Assembly: GCA_002633005.1 (NCBI GenBank)
Contig: NMRA01000127.1
Location: 380,438-444,437, forward strand
Length of the DNA: 64,000 bases
DNA from: Phoronis australis
Lineage: Eukaryota > Animalia > Phoronida
Reading direction: 5' to 3'
Below the pieces are notes generated by a model. That model did not search any database and was not told where the DNA came from. It saw nothing but the letters and a program-made list of their open reading frames with translations. Made by a program: the position numbers and the translations under genes. This document shows positions 1-11,391 of this stretch, one piece after another. Numbering within the stretch: the stretch's first letter is position 1; every line of letters begins with the position of its first letter.

Positions 1-329
1 GACTAAGTTATAAGTAAGTCGGATACCCATATCGTTTTGATGAATGGCTAATGCAGGTTCTCGGCGGGTAACTGAAAAAGTCAAGCAGGTATCCAGATTG
101 TAGGGACTGCTCTCACAGCTGCCTCAGACACACATTGAAAGTAAAATCAAAGTTGTTGTCTGTTCATGATGTCAGGCGGCGTGCATCTGCTGGGTTGAGA
201 GTATTACTTGTGAGGTGTCGCGTTCGTCTGAGATGGTTTGCGAGTCATGCACATGACTTCTCAACTCATTGCTTACCGATGTTTAATTTTAATCCTACCC
301 CTTGATGACATGATTGCGCCGCCAACTAA

Positions 330-759
330 ATATCTACAAACCCATAGATTTCTAGTCAGTAAAATGTACATTTTCTAAAAGCAAAAAGTCAGTAGAATTC
401 GACTTTTTACTTTTTACCAGTCAATTATTAGTCTAAATATGCAACCATGAAAAGTTAGCAAAGAAAGAAAAGTACATTGATAGGTAACCAATCAATATCA
501 TGGCCAACTTTTTTGCGTAAATGTTCAAGATGAAATCTCAATGTTGTTACGGTCTTCTAATACTCGTTTTCGTTATGAGTTTTTTCATGAAAGTCTTACC
601 TTTTGATTGCCTCAGATGCAAAAGTGGAACGTGTTAAAAACAGTTTCTAACGTTGTTTTGGAGAACGGTGCATAAAGCATAGTATGTGAAAGTTTCATGT
701 GAATCCGATCCGTCATTTCCCAGATATGATGTTCAAAATTAACGGATTCCTACATATCC
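330..759 (+). mobile_element. Copy of TTAA-targeting non-autonomous DNA element (family A, Kolobok-type MITE), left end decayed
   Basis: Shares the core AAAGTGGAAC...GTGCATAAAGCATAGTATGTGAAAGTTTCATGTGAATCCGATC...GATATGATGTTC with copies at about 3.0, 20.5, 21, 26.4 and 40.5 kb. Ends ...TACATATCC followed by TTAA (760-763). Left boundary approximate. Confidence 0.7.
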
Positions 760-1339
760 TTAAAAGAACTTGGAGTAGCTTATGTTCCCTAACAATGTTG
801 TGTCAAATGCTTTATTAACATGCGCATCTCACATGACTGCCATTTTTCTGATATGATGAGCTGGAGTTATAGAAATAATGCAGAGAGCGAAGTAGGTTCC
901 TGAACTTTGGACCAGCACTTGAGATTTTGTATGATTTTTTTATCACGTGAAGCAAAAGTTTTCGCTATTCAATTTGTGGCTGGTTTGTCACATAAATTTA
1001 TTTGAAATGTATTACTTTATCAAGTGCTATCAGTCTGACAGTGTAAGTTTTGTCATTGATTTTCATTCTTGGATTTCCGCATGATGAAAAAATCATGAGT
1101 GTTTACCATGTATAAATAGCATTTAACCTAGACAACACCATTTTATGTCTGCCTTGTCGTAATGGTAATTATTACTTTGTGAGATTAAAAAAATCAGTTT
1201 TGTTCCATTACTTGTGTGTTTGACATGAAATTTACACACAATATTGAAAGTTACTACTATTATTTTGGGCTGCAATTGGACAGATTGTGGCACAGTGGCA
1301 GCCATTTTTGTGCACTCATGTCATACATATATGGGTGCA

Positions 1340-1890
1340 CATTGCCATCTGGACGTCTTTCGGACTGATCTGGCAACCTCTCTGCCCCCTAGTGGCAATC
1401 GTTTTTGTACGTTTACCTTGGTATATTCAGATTTCTTCGATAGGTTTCATGAAATTTGGCACATGACGACGTGTTGACACTTAAGGATGAACTCAGCATT
1501 CTGCATCAGCTAGTTACAATTTTTGTCGTTACTGAGGCTGTTTTTGGTGTGCGTCCTCTGTCTACCAGTTACCGCTCCACGGATCAGTATGAATATTAGC
1601 AGAAATGTTCCTACTGAGGTGACCAAGTCTGATGTTGGTTTTCGGACAATCTGTGTACTTTGTCGCCTCCTAGTGGCTTTTTATGTGTTCGCAGCTGTCT
1701 TTGCTTGCCCTTTTTTCATGATCTTTATGAATTTGGTATGTTTTTTTATGACTATGATAACGGATGACGGTGACTTTCGGACAGATCTGACTACTGCTGT
1801 GCCTCCCCAGTGGCCATTGAAATTTAGTTTTTACATTTACCTTCGATTTCCTTCACAGAATTTCACGAGATGTGGCAAATAAACATCAAC
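1340..1890. repeat. Degenerate ~140-bp tandem array (about 4 units) of dispersed family B, carrying CTCF-like motifs
   Basis: An ATGAAATTTGGC-like motif recurs at about 1447, 1587, 1726 and 1864. GCC(C/T)C(C/T)(C/T)AGTGGC occurs at about 1384, 1665 and 1801. The same unit recurs at 19380-20100. Confidence 0.7.
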
Positions 1891-2988
1891 TTTCTAGTTT
1901 CCGAGAGGTGAAAAATATTCCTCATTGTTGACGGTGAGTTAGCGTTGTCCTCAGAGTGTTGGAAGTCATTGTCTTTGTTGGTGTTGCTAACATTATAGTT
2001 GGTGCTGTTGACTGTGTCATCGGCGAAGAAGCGGTCTTCAAAGCTGTCCTTTGAATTGCCGTTGGTGTCGTGGATGCTGTCATCTTAGATGTTGGTTAGG
2101 CACTAAAACTACGGTAATAGGAAAGCTAAAATTAAGTTTACAGTTTGCATCGAAGAACCTGTAGTAGTGGATTTGAATCTGTCCAAAGAGTTGATCCCAT
2201 CAATGAAATTTTATATGCACCGATGCTCCCAACAAAAATACCAAAACATTACTCAAAAGCCTTAAGCTAATCAAATAAAATTTCTTTTTCAAACTAGATT
2301 TGTATGCTTACACTGAAGAAGCTACGAAGTACAAATATGCAGACACAGAGGGTATCACCTCCTTAGCTGTAAAACTATTTATTTAACACCATGAGGACTG
2401 GAATTTAATCCACACAATCCCAATTCCTGTTTTAAACAATTACAACATGGTCAGGGCATGATCAATACTTGGTTACTACACAAGTGCTTCAGCACACAAT
2501 TGTTGAATGCATAATCGTGCAGGTGCTGAACTTGGCTGGAGGTGTCTTTTGTTTAACTTTTTTTCAAAAGTGATTCTGGGTGGATATTCTATAGCTCATA
2601 TTAAACACCTTGGTAGGCTAACAAAGAAAATGAATGACAAGGGCTCAATAATGTTTTCAGTGCGCTCACTTGATCTCGATCCTGTTATATGTTGCATGGA
2701 CAAAGGCTCTCAAGGGCTATTTTCTGCCATCTCTTTACAGACACTCTTTTCTCTCCATTTATGAAAACTACGTGGAATGCATTGCAGCATAAAATATGTC
2801 TAGTCAATATTTATACACAAATTGTGATTTTTCAACGGGACGCCAAACTTTCTCAAAATAGTCAAATACCCTTTTTAGTAAAATGTTTCGATGGGGCTCA
2901 TTCTATGTTTGTTTGGAATTTGGTGAAAATATGGGAAAGAGTATACGTAATATCGTGAAAATTATCAATCTTTACTGCTCTTACTTAA

Positions 2989-3503
2989 GGTTACGTGAGA
3001 CATTACTGATTAGTCTTTGCGTTTGGTAAAGTATTTAGGAAACTATAGATTTTGAATCTGTAAAAGTACCTATTTTCTGAAGAAAGCTGGTAGAATTAGT
3101 TTTGACTTGATGCTGATGTGTTATTAATTGAGTCATGTCTTTTTATTAAAATTTAGCGTAAAATAAAGGTACATTGATGGAAAAACAATGAGAACATGAT
3201 CAAGTTTTGTTTGATATTAATGTTCAAGGTGAGATATCAAAAACATTGTTATGGTTTTCTTAATGCCATTTCATTTTCGCTTGATGCAACTTTAAAGATT
3301 TTTCATGAAAGTCATAAAAGTCCTATTTTTGAAAGCCCCTCGTGCAAAAGAGAACATTTTAATATCAATTTCTAAAGGGTATTTGAGAGCAGTGCTTAAA
3401 GCACGGCGTCTGAAAGTTTCATATGAATACGATCAGCTGTTTTTGAGGTATGATGTTCTGAAGTCGGCCAAATTTGTACATTTTTCTAGGGTCTCACATA
3501 TCC
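2989..3503 (+). mobile_element. Near-full-length family A MITE (TTAA target, GG...CC termini; Kolobok-type)
   Basis: TTAA (2985-2988) then GGTTACGTGAGAC ... GTCTCACATATCC then TCAA (3504-3507): a 13-bp imperfect TIR with 2 mismatches. Internal sequence is shared with other family A copies. Confidence 0.75.
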
Positions 3504-3789
3504 TCAAAAATCTGAGCTATGTTTTGTTGGCCATTGCTGACTTTTTCACCCTGCTGCGACACCTGGTGGCATGTGACAGCACCACTGCATACAGGATGAG
3601 TGATTAATCTCTTTTGATATAGGAAGCATTAAAACCTGTGTAAGTTAGTGCAGTCCATGATGATGAGACTGTATCGTATATTATGGTGGTTATGACAAAT
3701 TGATTGTATCTGATTATTGACCACCTCAGTAATTTATGCTGTCAATTTTTACAATGATGTATGTAGTAGCCAGACATGTTCATGTAGAA

Positions 3790-5040
3790 TCGAACGTGAC
3801 TGAAGTCGCAGTTAAAATCTTTGGTATGAGAAGCAGGAAGTGCATCAATTGATTTGAATTAAAATGAATCTGGTTTTGTAAATTCAGCATTGGCTAATAA
3901 ATTCAGTCCTGTTTAGAAGCTTCAGTGCATTTAAAGAATCCTGTGATGAAGTTAAAATTCATTCTTACTGCATGAATAATAACTTAATAAAATCGATCAT
4001 ACTTCGCAGATTCAGTCAACACTTTCAAATTGCGCGTGCTTTAAAAACCAAGCATGTCCTTGATTAACGAGATCAACCCTGTTGTTTTTTATGTCCATGT
4101 AACCCCTCTTTGTGTTACATTAGACGCTCAGTGTTCAGTTGTATAATTAATGAAAAATCAATCCTGTTGGTGGGGACCATAACTATGCTCTTTTCTACTG
4201 GCTGTGGTCTAGATTATCTAGAATACATGTGGACTGTTATGCCGCCAAGATCGGTTCACGTTCATTCATTTATCTCTCATCATGAATGTCACTGATCCTT
4301 TTGTGATGGTCCAGGGAATGATTTGTGTTTGCATTCAACCCCTGGGGAGAGCTCTCTTCTAAAGAATGCATGGGATGACGCCGCTCGTTTAGAGCACAGA
4401 AAAATGCATTGTCTAGGAAGCAAAACTGGGAAAAAGGCACCCAAGGTAGTACCAAATGATGGAGAAAAAACCTGCCCAAAACTTAACCACTTTTGTCGAC
4501 TCTTTCCTCTTGATTTCCAATTTGTGAAGTTCGTTTACACATTTGAAATGATACCACCAATGCCCCAAAGCCAAATGTCGACCAGAGATGTTACCTGAGG
4601 GGGGGAAATACTCACTCGAGATAAGGAAAAACTACCCGCCTCACTTCCTACCATTTTAGTCACCCCCCATAGGATGTATTTTTGATAGTGCTCGATTTGT
4701 ATTTGCTGATTAAAGCTGCGTAATTCATTGAATCGTGGTTACAGGCTTAGTGTAGATAATCACCGTCAAAATTGATTTTAAAACATGCTTGATTTTGCTG
4801 AGTGTCAACTGAATCTGCATAACAAGATTGATTTGATCATGGATTTCACATTGTGGAACTGAGTCTTCAAGACGACTTACGATTTTTAAAAATACTAAAA
4901 CTGACTTCTGAATAACATTGAATTGTTCAAATAGGATTGAATTTACAAACTAGATTAGAATATTGTAAATAATTTTTACACTTTCAGCTGCACATGATTT
5001 AGTTATATTGAACTGTGGTTTTATTGCCGTAAGATTTTCA
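3790..5040. repeat. Pair of long diverged inverted repeats (~250-bp arms) around a ~700-bp spacer; foldback-like relic
   Basis: GCAGATTCAGTCAACACTTTCAAATTGCGCGTGCTTTAAAAAC (~4006-4048) resembles the reverse complement of GATTTTAAAACATGCTTGATTTTGCTGAGTGTCAACTGAATCTGC (~4774-4818). A third copy of the arm lies at ~54440-54640. Boundaries approximate. Confidence 0.5.
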
Positions 5041-5476
5041 TTATGTTGTCATGATCATCTGTTATTTCCAGGAATTCTTCATTTTTATTTTTGTGTATTT
5101 GTCCCATTATATTCCTGGTATTGATAATATCACCCAACTTTATAAACACAGCGAAAGTCAAATTTAATATATTAAAATTGTATCCAAGCAGTAACTATGC
5201 AGCAAGCAAATCGTCCTCTAAAAATTGAAAAGGAACAATATTGGCAAGTATTAAGGGCGAATTTTGTAAAAGATATTTTCTACTGTTTTTCATGCTAGTT
5301 GATGTTTGTGAGGTAGGTGGTTATCATCAACACCTAGTGGTTCTCCATTGGGGATGTGCTGGAATCCTAGCTGACAGTTTTGCCCATAATGAGCATTTCG
5401 TCCTCAGATATCATGAACTGTTGTCTCTGGTACGGTTTTGAGTCTCTTGGTCTTGTCTCGGGTAGTGGGTAGTTTT

Positions 5477-5540
5477 GGGTACCTAGCGGGTACCTAGCGA
5501 GTACCTAGCAGGTACCTAGCGGGTACCTAGCGGGTACCTA
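5477..5540. repeat. 11-bp tandem repeat (GGGTACCTAGC), about 5.8 copies
   Basis: Read directly; two units carry single substitutions. Confidence 0.95.
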
Positions 5541-6985
5541 TTTTTACAGCTGTTAAGGTAATGCTGTGATACGGATTTTGACCACATGAAGGCACACCTC
5601 CCTATTAATTGAGAGAGAAGCCCCTCCCCCCTCTCCGGGCAGCCAACAGAGAGCTAAGTGTGATGGACACAAACACTTAGACCTACTAGAACTTGGGCTA
5701 ATTGTGATTCCAGCATTACATCAAAGCAAGAATTTGTCACTGGCAACAGGAGGTGTATTTGATGAAGTTGATTTGTGTGATGTCATTGTTGTTATGCAGG
5801 CTCTAACTATGACGCAATGTAGCAATTAAAGGTACTAATTGCGAAACGCTGAATCAATGATCTGTAGAGTGTTCAGACATTTAAGACAATTGGTAATTAG
5901 TGCCTTTGGAACAGAAGCAATGAGAATTAATGCACATTTTTTAATTTGACATGAAAGTACATACCAAAATGGTTCGAAAAGAAAATGAAATTAAAGGAGA
6001 ATGCCACCCAAAAAACAACCTAATTTGTATCAATTTAGATCGAGCAGTTCCACTCGATGACAGCAACTACAGCTCTTTTACCTGACACTTGACGGCAGAC
6101 GGAGGTGTTGAAATTCAGAGGTTCGAATGCAGTCTGTTCAGCAGTTCACAACATGCTTTACTGGTGTATGCTAATGGCTTGAATTCATCGTTTTATACCA
6201 ATAAATCATCAAAATTCGTTGTAAAACCCTTACAAATACATCGAGGTATTGAACAAACGTCTTATTTTATTTCGTTGTTACGAATTTTTAGGTATTTGAA
6301 CGTACCATAGCCTACAAAGTTCGGTAGGCCAGTTTACCAAGGTCGGTCGCGGGAGTTTGGGGTCTGTTCGGTGATAAATTCAAATTATTCGTCCGTAAAA
6401 TACAGACAGGAGAACATAGGTGTGTGTTGTAATTTTAGACTTGTGCACTTTTTCAGTTCTAAACACACAAATCGCTTGATATCCTGGCCAGTGGCTGGGA
6501 ACCCGATCAGGCCCATCGCAGCCGGACTGAAGACATCACAAACATAAAGCAGCCAAAGTTTGAAACTAAACTTCCAGTCACGAAAAGTTTATACTAGTGA
6601 GCCAAAGAAAAAATGTGCACATGATTATTTTGGTGAATTAGCCGCGAAACTGCAAATATACTTGCTAGCTCGTCGGGGGCTGCGAAATCAGGTTACCCTT
6701 CCACAGAACCGTCAGGGCAAAAGTTGTACAGTAACAATGATTTGAATAATGTACTACGTGAATACCTAAATAAAGACTCCCCCAACATCTGACCGTATGA
6801 CATGAAATCGAAATATTGTTTTACAACAGCTGTCCGTCAGCAAACACTGAATTAGCATGCGCTCACACGGCCTTGGTGCCTGGTCAATTACCTTTATTGC
6901 ATCCAAAGCATTAATTTATTCATTGCAGGCTTCTCAATACATTTGCACACAGGAACAATCCAAGGCATTACAAATTGTATCTAAT

Positions 6986-7306
6986 CACAGGTGAGAAACA
7001 ACATGACCGCCGGTCCTCTAAATCGGACTGACTCACCCAAAACAGGACCTCCGGGAATTAAATGGGACAGCACCTAAAAACATGACTGCCCCACCAGAAA
7101 ACAGGATCGCCGGGGACTGAACATGACCGCCATACAATATGTAGTTATCAATGTCTTCGGTCCTGTTTTCTGGTGGGGCGGTCATGTTTTTAGGTGCGTC
7201 AGTCCTATTTTCTGGTGTGACGGTCCCATTTGATCCCTGGAGGTCCTAATTTGGGTGAGTTGGTCCGATTTATGAGGACCGGCGGTCATGTTGTTTCTCA
7301 CCCGTG
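6986..7306. mobile_element. 321-bp foldback MITE with CAC...GTG ends and 5-bp TSD (Transib/RAG-like signature), nested in the Kolobok element
   Basis: CTAAT (6981-6985) then CACAGGTGAGAAACAACATGACCGCCGGTCCTC ... GAGGACCGGCGGTCATGTTGTTTCTCACCCGTG then CTAAT (7307-7311). The arms stay complementary for more than 100 bp. The element is clear; the superfamily is inferred. Confidence 0.85.
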
Positions 7307-7416
7307 CTAATGAGACGGACTTTGTTTCAGTTTTATATAAGCATGGGTTAACGGTGAGAATAATTCATTTTGAAACAGAACGCATAATAATAAACGACGT
7401 GACAACTCATACTCGC

Positions 7417-7828
7417 AACTTAGGTGAGTGCTCATCTGACGAAGACTTCACAGGTCGATCGTTAGGTGTCACAGGCTATCTAGATTTCGAACCGGAATAC
7501 ACTGACCAAGAAATATCAAGGCACCGTGAATGTGCACAGACAACGGAACATGTGTATAGTTCTGAAAATCGTTTGAATGACTTGTCATGGTGTCAATGAG
7601 CTAAGTGCACGATAATGCCGGAAATGACTGACGCTTGCGTTTGCTCAGTGCCACGAAATTCTGCAAGTGAAACGCCTTCTTGGAGAAGCGCAGATGTGTC
7701 TCACGGAACATCCTGATTTTGCACCTCATCTAAACAGTGGTGTGGATACGACGTTTTTTTAGGGCTGAGAAAAAGATATGGCGAAAACATCCTACACCCA
7801 GAGGACCAAACAGAAGCCTCACGAACGA
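7417..7828 (+). pseudogene. Decayed P2X7 cytoplasmic-ballast-like (Zn-coordinating Cys-rich) protein, probable Kolobok accessory ORF
   Basis: Conceptual translation GYLDFEPEYTDQE...RLNDLSWCQ*AKCTIMPEMTDACVC/CHEILQVKRLLGEAQMCLTEHPDF...PRGPNRSLTNE matches the FEP...WCxCxxC...CC.E...C(I/L)TxHxxF pattern. Lesions: TGA at 7597-7599 in place of Cys, a 4-bp insertion (7645-7648) between the two Cys codons, and an extra T at 7754-7760. Possible donor GTCAGT at 7829. Confidence 0.75.
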
Positions 7829-7949
7829 GTCAGTCATCAAAAAGGTTATCTATTATATAAAACGTTGTGTTCTCACGCCGTGAATCAATTGTAATTCTTC
7901 ATGTTCTCATGGCCAACTATAATTCTCCAGAATCAAAAACTGATCAACA

Positions 7950-8152
7950 ACCGATCCGACGAAGTGCAGGCCACTGACAGACACAGGGAAGTTTCACAGC
8001 GTCATACTTGGTATTAATTACGTACTCTTCATTCTTCACTACCGCGAGCCTCTTCCAAAGCATTATGGGCTCGAAAAAATCGAAAAAAAAGATATACCTG
8101 CTTTCCTCGCAGCTTCCTAGTTCGCATAAGCGGGAATGATACACCACACCAT
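7950..8152 (-). pseudogene. Decayed THAP zinc-finger domain (N-terminus of the Kolobok transposase)
   Basis: Minus strand from ATG at 8152: MVWCIIPAYAN*EAARKAGISFF / LWKRLAVVKNEEYVINTKY...VC / SGLHFVG across frameshifts. This recovers the THAP pattern C..., (S)FFxF, W, and CxxHF. It starts ~170 bp inside the right TIR. Confidence 0.6.
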
Positions 8153-11127
8153 AGCGGCACTCATTCTGCAGAAGAACCACTGATGTCACCACGTTGTTTC
8201 TCACCGTCCTCACAGGTTAACACGACACCTCTCAGCGAGGTAAGATCGACCGTATATGAGGTGATGTGGATATAGACCGATTAAGACGGTAAAAAAAGAC
8301 CAATTAAATTGGGTGGCATTCTCCTTTAATTTTGGCTGACGTGGTGGAATTAGTATGTAGGAGAGTGGTGGAATTGGTGGTGAAGGGTGTAGTGTTTGTA
8401 ATGACTTGGGGAACAGATGGATTAGTGGTGATGGATTAGGCTTTTAACATTACAAAAATTCTTTTAGATGGTGTAATATCTTTGACAAGAGATGAGTGAG
8501 GGCCCAGTCCACAATGGTTCTTGTTTCTTTGGCATTTGTTCCATTCTTGTATGCTGTTGCCATGGTAATAGCTGTTTTGCATTAGTAATTAGTTTTCTAT
8601 TTTTCTTTCATGCCAATATTTTTTCTGTTGCATAGTGAGTTGAAAAACGCACAAAGATTTTAAAAAGCTATGTGAGGTGCATTAAGCTATTGCTCACTTG
8701 TTCCACTCAAGTCCGCCGTGGCTTTCAAAGACTAGGTAAATCATGCAATGTTTTTTTCTACCTCTGCTACAGAGGCGAGTTGAATCGGTGATGTGGGAAT
8801 ATTGCACCTAAACAGACATACCTAAGCTAAAACCTTAAGTAGCTACCTGGCTGTGAATGGTTTATTTACTTAGTAGCTTTCTCATTGTGCATTGACTCTC
8901 TGGTTGTGTTGGTGAAACCAAGTGAATTGAAATTGATTACTTAATTCAGGCAGCTTGCCAGTTAGTGTAGTCCTCAGTTCAATAGTTATCTTCTTGAACT
9001 CAAGGGTCGAACAATTGCATCTGTGTCATTGGCTGGCTGCACAAGACTTGTGAGTATTGGATAAGGCATTATAAAGCACCCATCAATAAAGTGACAGGAA
9101 TCACTTACCACTAATTGTTTGTCCAGCACAAATTTCGAATTCATTCCCTTTTTCAGTATGGTGTACACAATTGTGCAATATGTATAATGACGAATGTTTG
9201 TAACAATATTTTTCTTCGTGTTGCGAGGAATGAATGATAACTGAAGATATCTTATGGAGAGCTTCTCGTATAACATATAACAATGTCATTTTGTCCTCTC
9301 ACGCTCTCAGTTTTCCATTGTTGAAAAGTAACTTAGAAATAGCTCATCCGTTTCTTTGAGTTCCAAAACCACGATGAGAAGCATTTGACCTTCTAGCCTT
9401 ATGCATAGCCCTCTGTAAAAACCTTTTTCGTCCAAGGTAAACTTCACCAACGTGACAAAAATAATTGCCAACATTTTTTTAAAATTTTTAATTGCTGTAC
9501 CATTGTTGTGGACGGTCGACCGTTTTTGGTAATTATAGCACAGTGAGTGAAAACAGTAAAGCATTGATTTGGTAGTGTTTGTATTTTATGAAAAAATGAG
9601 AACATAAAATTCCTTATGTCCAGCATATTTGTGCCAAGATTTTACCATGACGTGTTTAATTGGTCAAGTTTGCATCCATATAGGTTACCTTATAAGTTCC
9701 TTATTCCCCGTGTTTTGGTGGCCGTCTAGTTGCAGAAACAGTGGTTTATTTTTTCTGACTTTTGGGTTTTTGATCACTGTGCTGTTATAGTGTTGTTTTA
9801 AGTGTAGATGGTGACCAGAGGGGGGGATTTTTCGGGTGAGGGAAAAATTCCCTCCTTATAAAACACCGGCACCTTGGTCCTCAGGTGAACGAGGGCCCTG
9901 TGACCAGATGGTGTTGTATGTTTGACGTGTTTCTGCCAGCCCTTGTCGATCTTGTCAACATTTTGAGCCCCAATATTTGAATTTGAGTTTGATTCCACTA
10001 TATTGGCTCCTCCCAGTACACTAGAAATATTGCACATTTCTTTTCCATTAGATTCTACTGAGGTGGAAGCTCTGTTGTGTCTTCACCATAAAGAGATGAA
10101 AAAGTCGTGGAGTCGACTAGACTAACAAATTAAATGAATACTTGATTACTGTATTTTTTTCTTGTAATGGAAATGGCAAGTATTGTGGAATCGCCCTCGT
10201 GTGATAGGTCATTAAATGGATTATAGTTGTTATGTTATTTTTTATTCCCTTCAGAGCCAGAATGTAGAGAGTTAAAACAGCATTGATTCTTAGAAATCAA
10301 ATGTTAAATAATTTGTTTTCACAGGGTCATTGTTAATAGCTGACCATTTTGCTGTCTAAGCAACTAATGTGTTGTCAGCCGCAAGTCAGCTATGTAGTGT
10401 TTTACGTAGTTTACATCTATAATATGTATCTCTGGGCTATAAGGTGGGTAGTCTATGGACAGTGAATAGTTTCCATTTTCAAGTCTGCTACAAAAATACA
10501 CCTTCAATACTCCCTGGAATTAATGTTGTCAGCCTGTCAAATGTTTTCAATTAGAGTCTACACAAAGTAAATACATCAACTACAGTTTTCCTATCAGCTA
10601 GACGTTGTATTTCACTTTAATAGGGAATCCGATAGGGCAATCTTCTTTAAGTAAAAAAACAGAGCTCCACTTGTGTCTAAAGATCTAGACAAAAATACCA
10701 TCAGTTTCACCCTGGCTGTTATTTTGCACATGGTTAAATGTTGCAGTATGCAGCGTCTGTGTGTAAGAGTAATAATAGAGCAAATTCGATAACGTGCATT
10801 ACAAAAACCTCCCGTTGGTTTCAACTACATACCACAGGGGTCTCTGAATGTACAGTTCACACCAAAGTGGTTATGACTTTTAAAACTGATATAAAGGTGG
10901 TAACTCTTAAGAGTGAACACTTACAAATCCGTTTTAAAAGGTGTAATTATAGCCCGATTATAACTCTCTGTGAGGGTGGTTTAATGAGAGGTTATAATCA
11001 TTATAACTTACTGTGAACATGAGAGTGGTAAAAGTTATGTCAGTAAGTGGCGCTGCTTAGAAACAATGGTGCTCTGAGGCACTAACTGGGGTGAATTGGA
11101 TTATGGACTGGCATCTTAAGTCAGGAA

Positions 11128-11391
11128 CTAGGATTGTAAGAGTTTTAACTGTTGTCGTGATGGGTAACAATAGGGTCGTCCTGGATTACACGGCGATAGA
11201 CCTCTTCTTTGTCTCGGAGATAAGAAAGTGCACGACTTCGTTTTGGAAATCAGCCACATTTTCGTGTTTCTCATTGATGTTGGGAATGCAAAGAACTTCA
11301 CATCATACATCCACGGGTGTTTGTCCAGGTTATGGAACTTTCTCATGTCGGAGTTGCAGCCCACAGCACAGCAGTAATACTTAGTTGGCAT
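11128..11391 (-). pseudogene. Truncated THAP-domain ORF, transposon-derived
   Basis: MPTKYYCCAVGCNSD...VKFFAFPTSMRNTKMW has the THAP CxxxxC, FxFP and W motifs. The C-terminal CxxHF survives only as out-of-frame 'VHF' (GTG CAC TTT) after an apparent deletion. Confidence 0.75.

Larger units (their letters stand above)
5995..8325. mobile_element. Kolobok-type DNA transposon, internally deleted and non-autonomous
   Basis: TTAA (5991-5994) then AGGAGAATGCCACCCAA ... TTGGGTGGCATTCTCCT then TTAA (8326-8329): perfect 17-bp TIR, TTAA TSD and purine-purine start (Kolobok rather than piggyBac CC). Contains THAP and Cys-rich remnants in convergent orientation. Confidence 0.88.

Noticed and set aside
1523-1882. 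119-aa hydrophobic ORF resembling a signal peptide or membrane protein
   Set aside because: It lies in the T-rich family B tandem repeat, and the repeated FRTDL motif reflects the DNA unit.
7288-7416. N-terminus of ORF 7288-7599 as a true start
   Set aside because: The ATG lies inside the nested MITE's right TIR. Only the downstream part has protein-like motifs.
5995-8325. piggyBac assignment for the TTAA-flanked element
   Set aside because: The termini are AG...CT rather than CC...GG, and the THAP remnant fits Kolobok.
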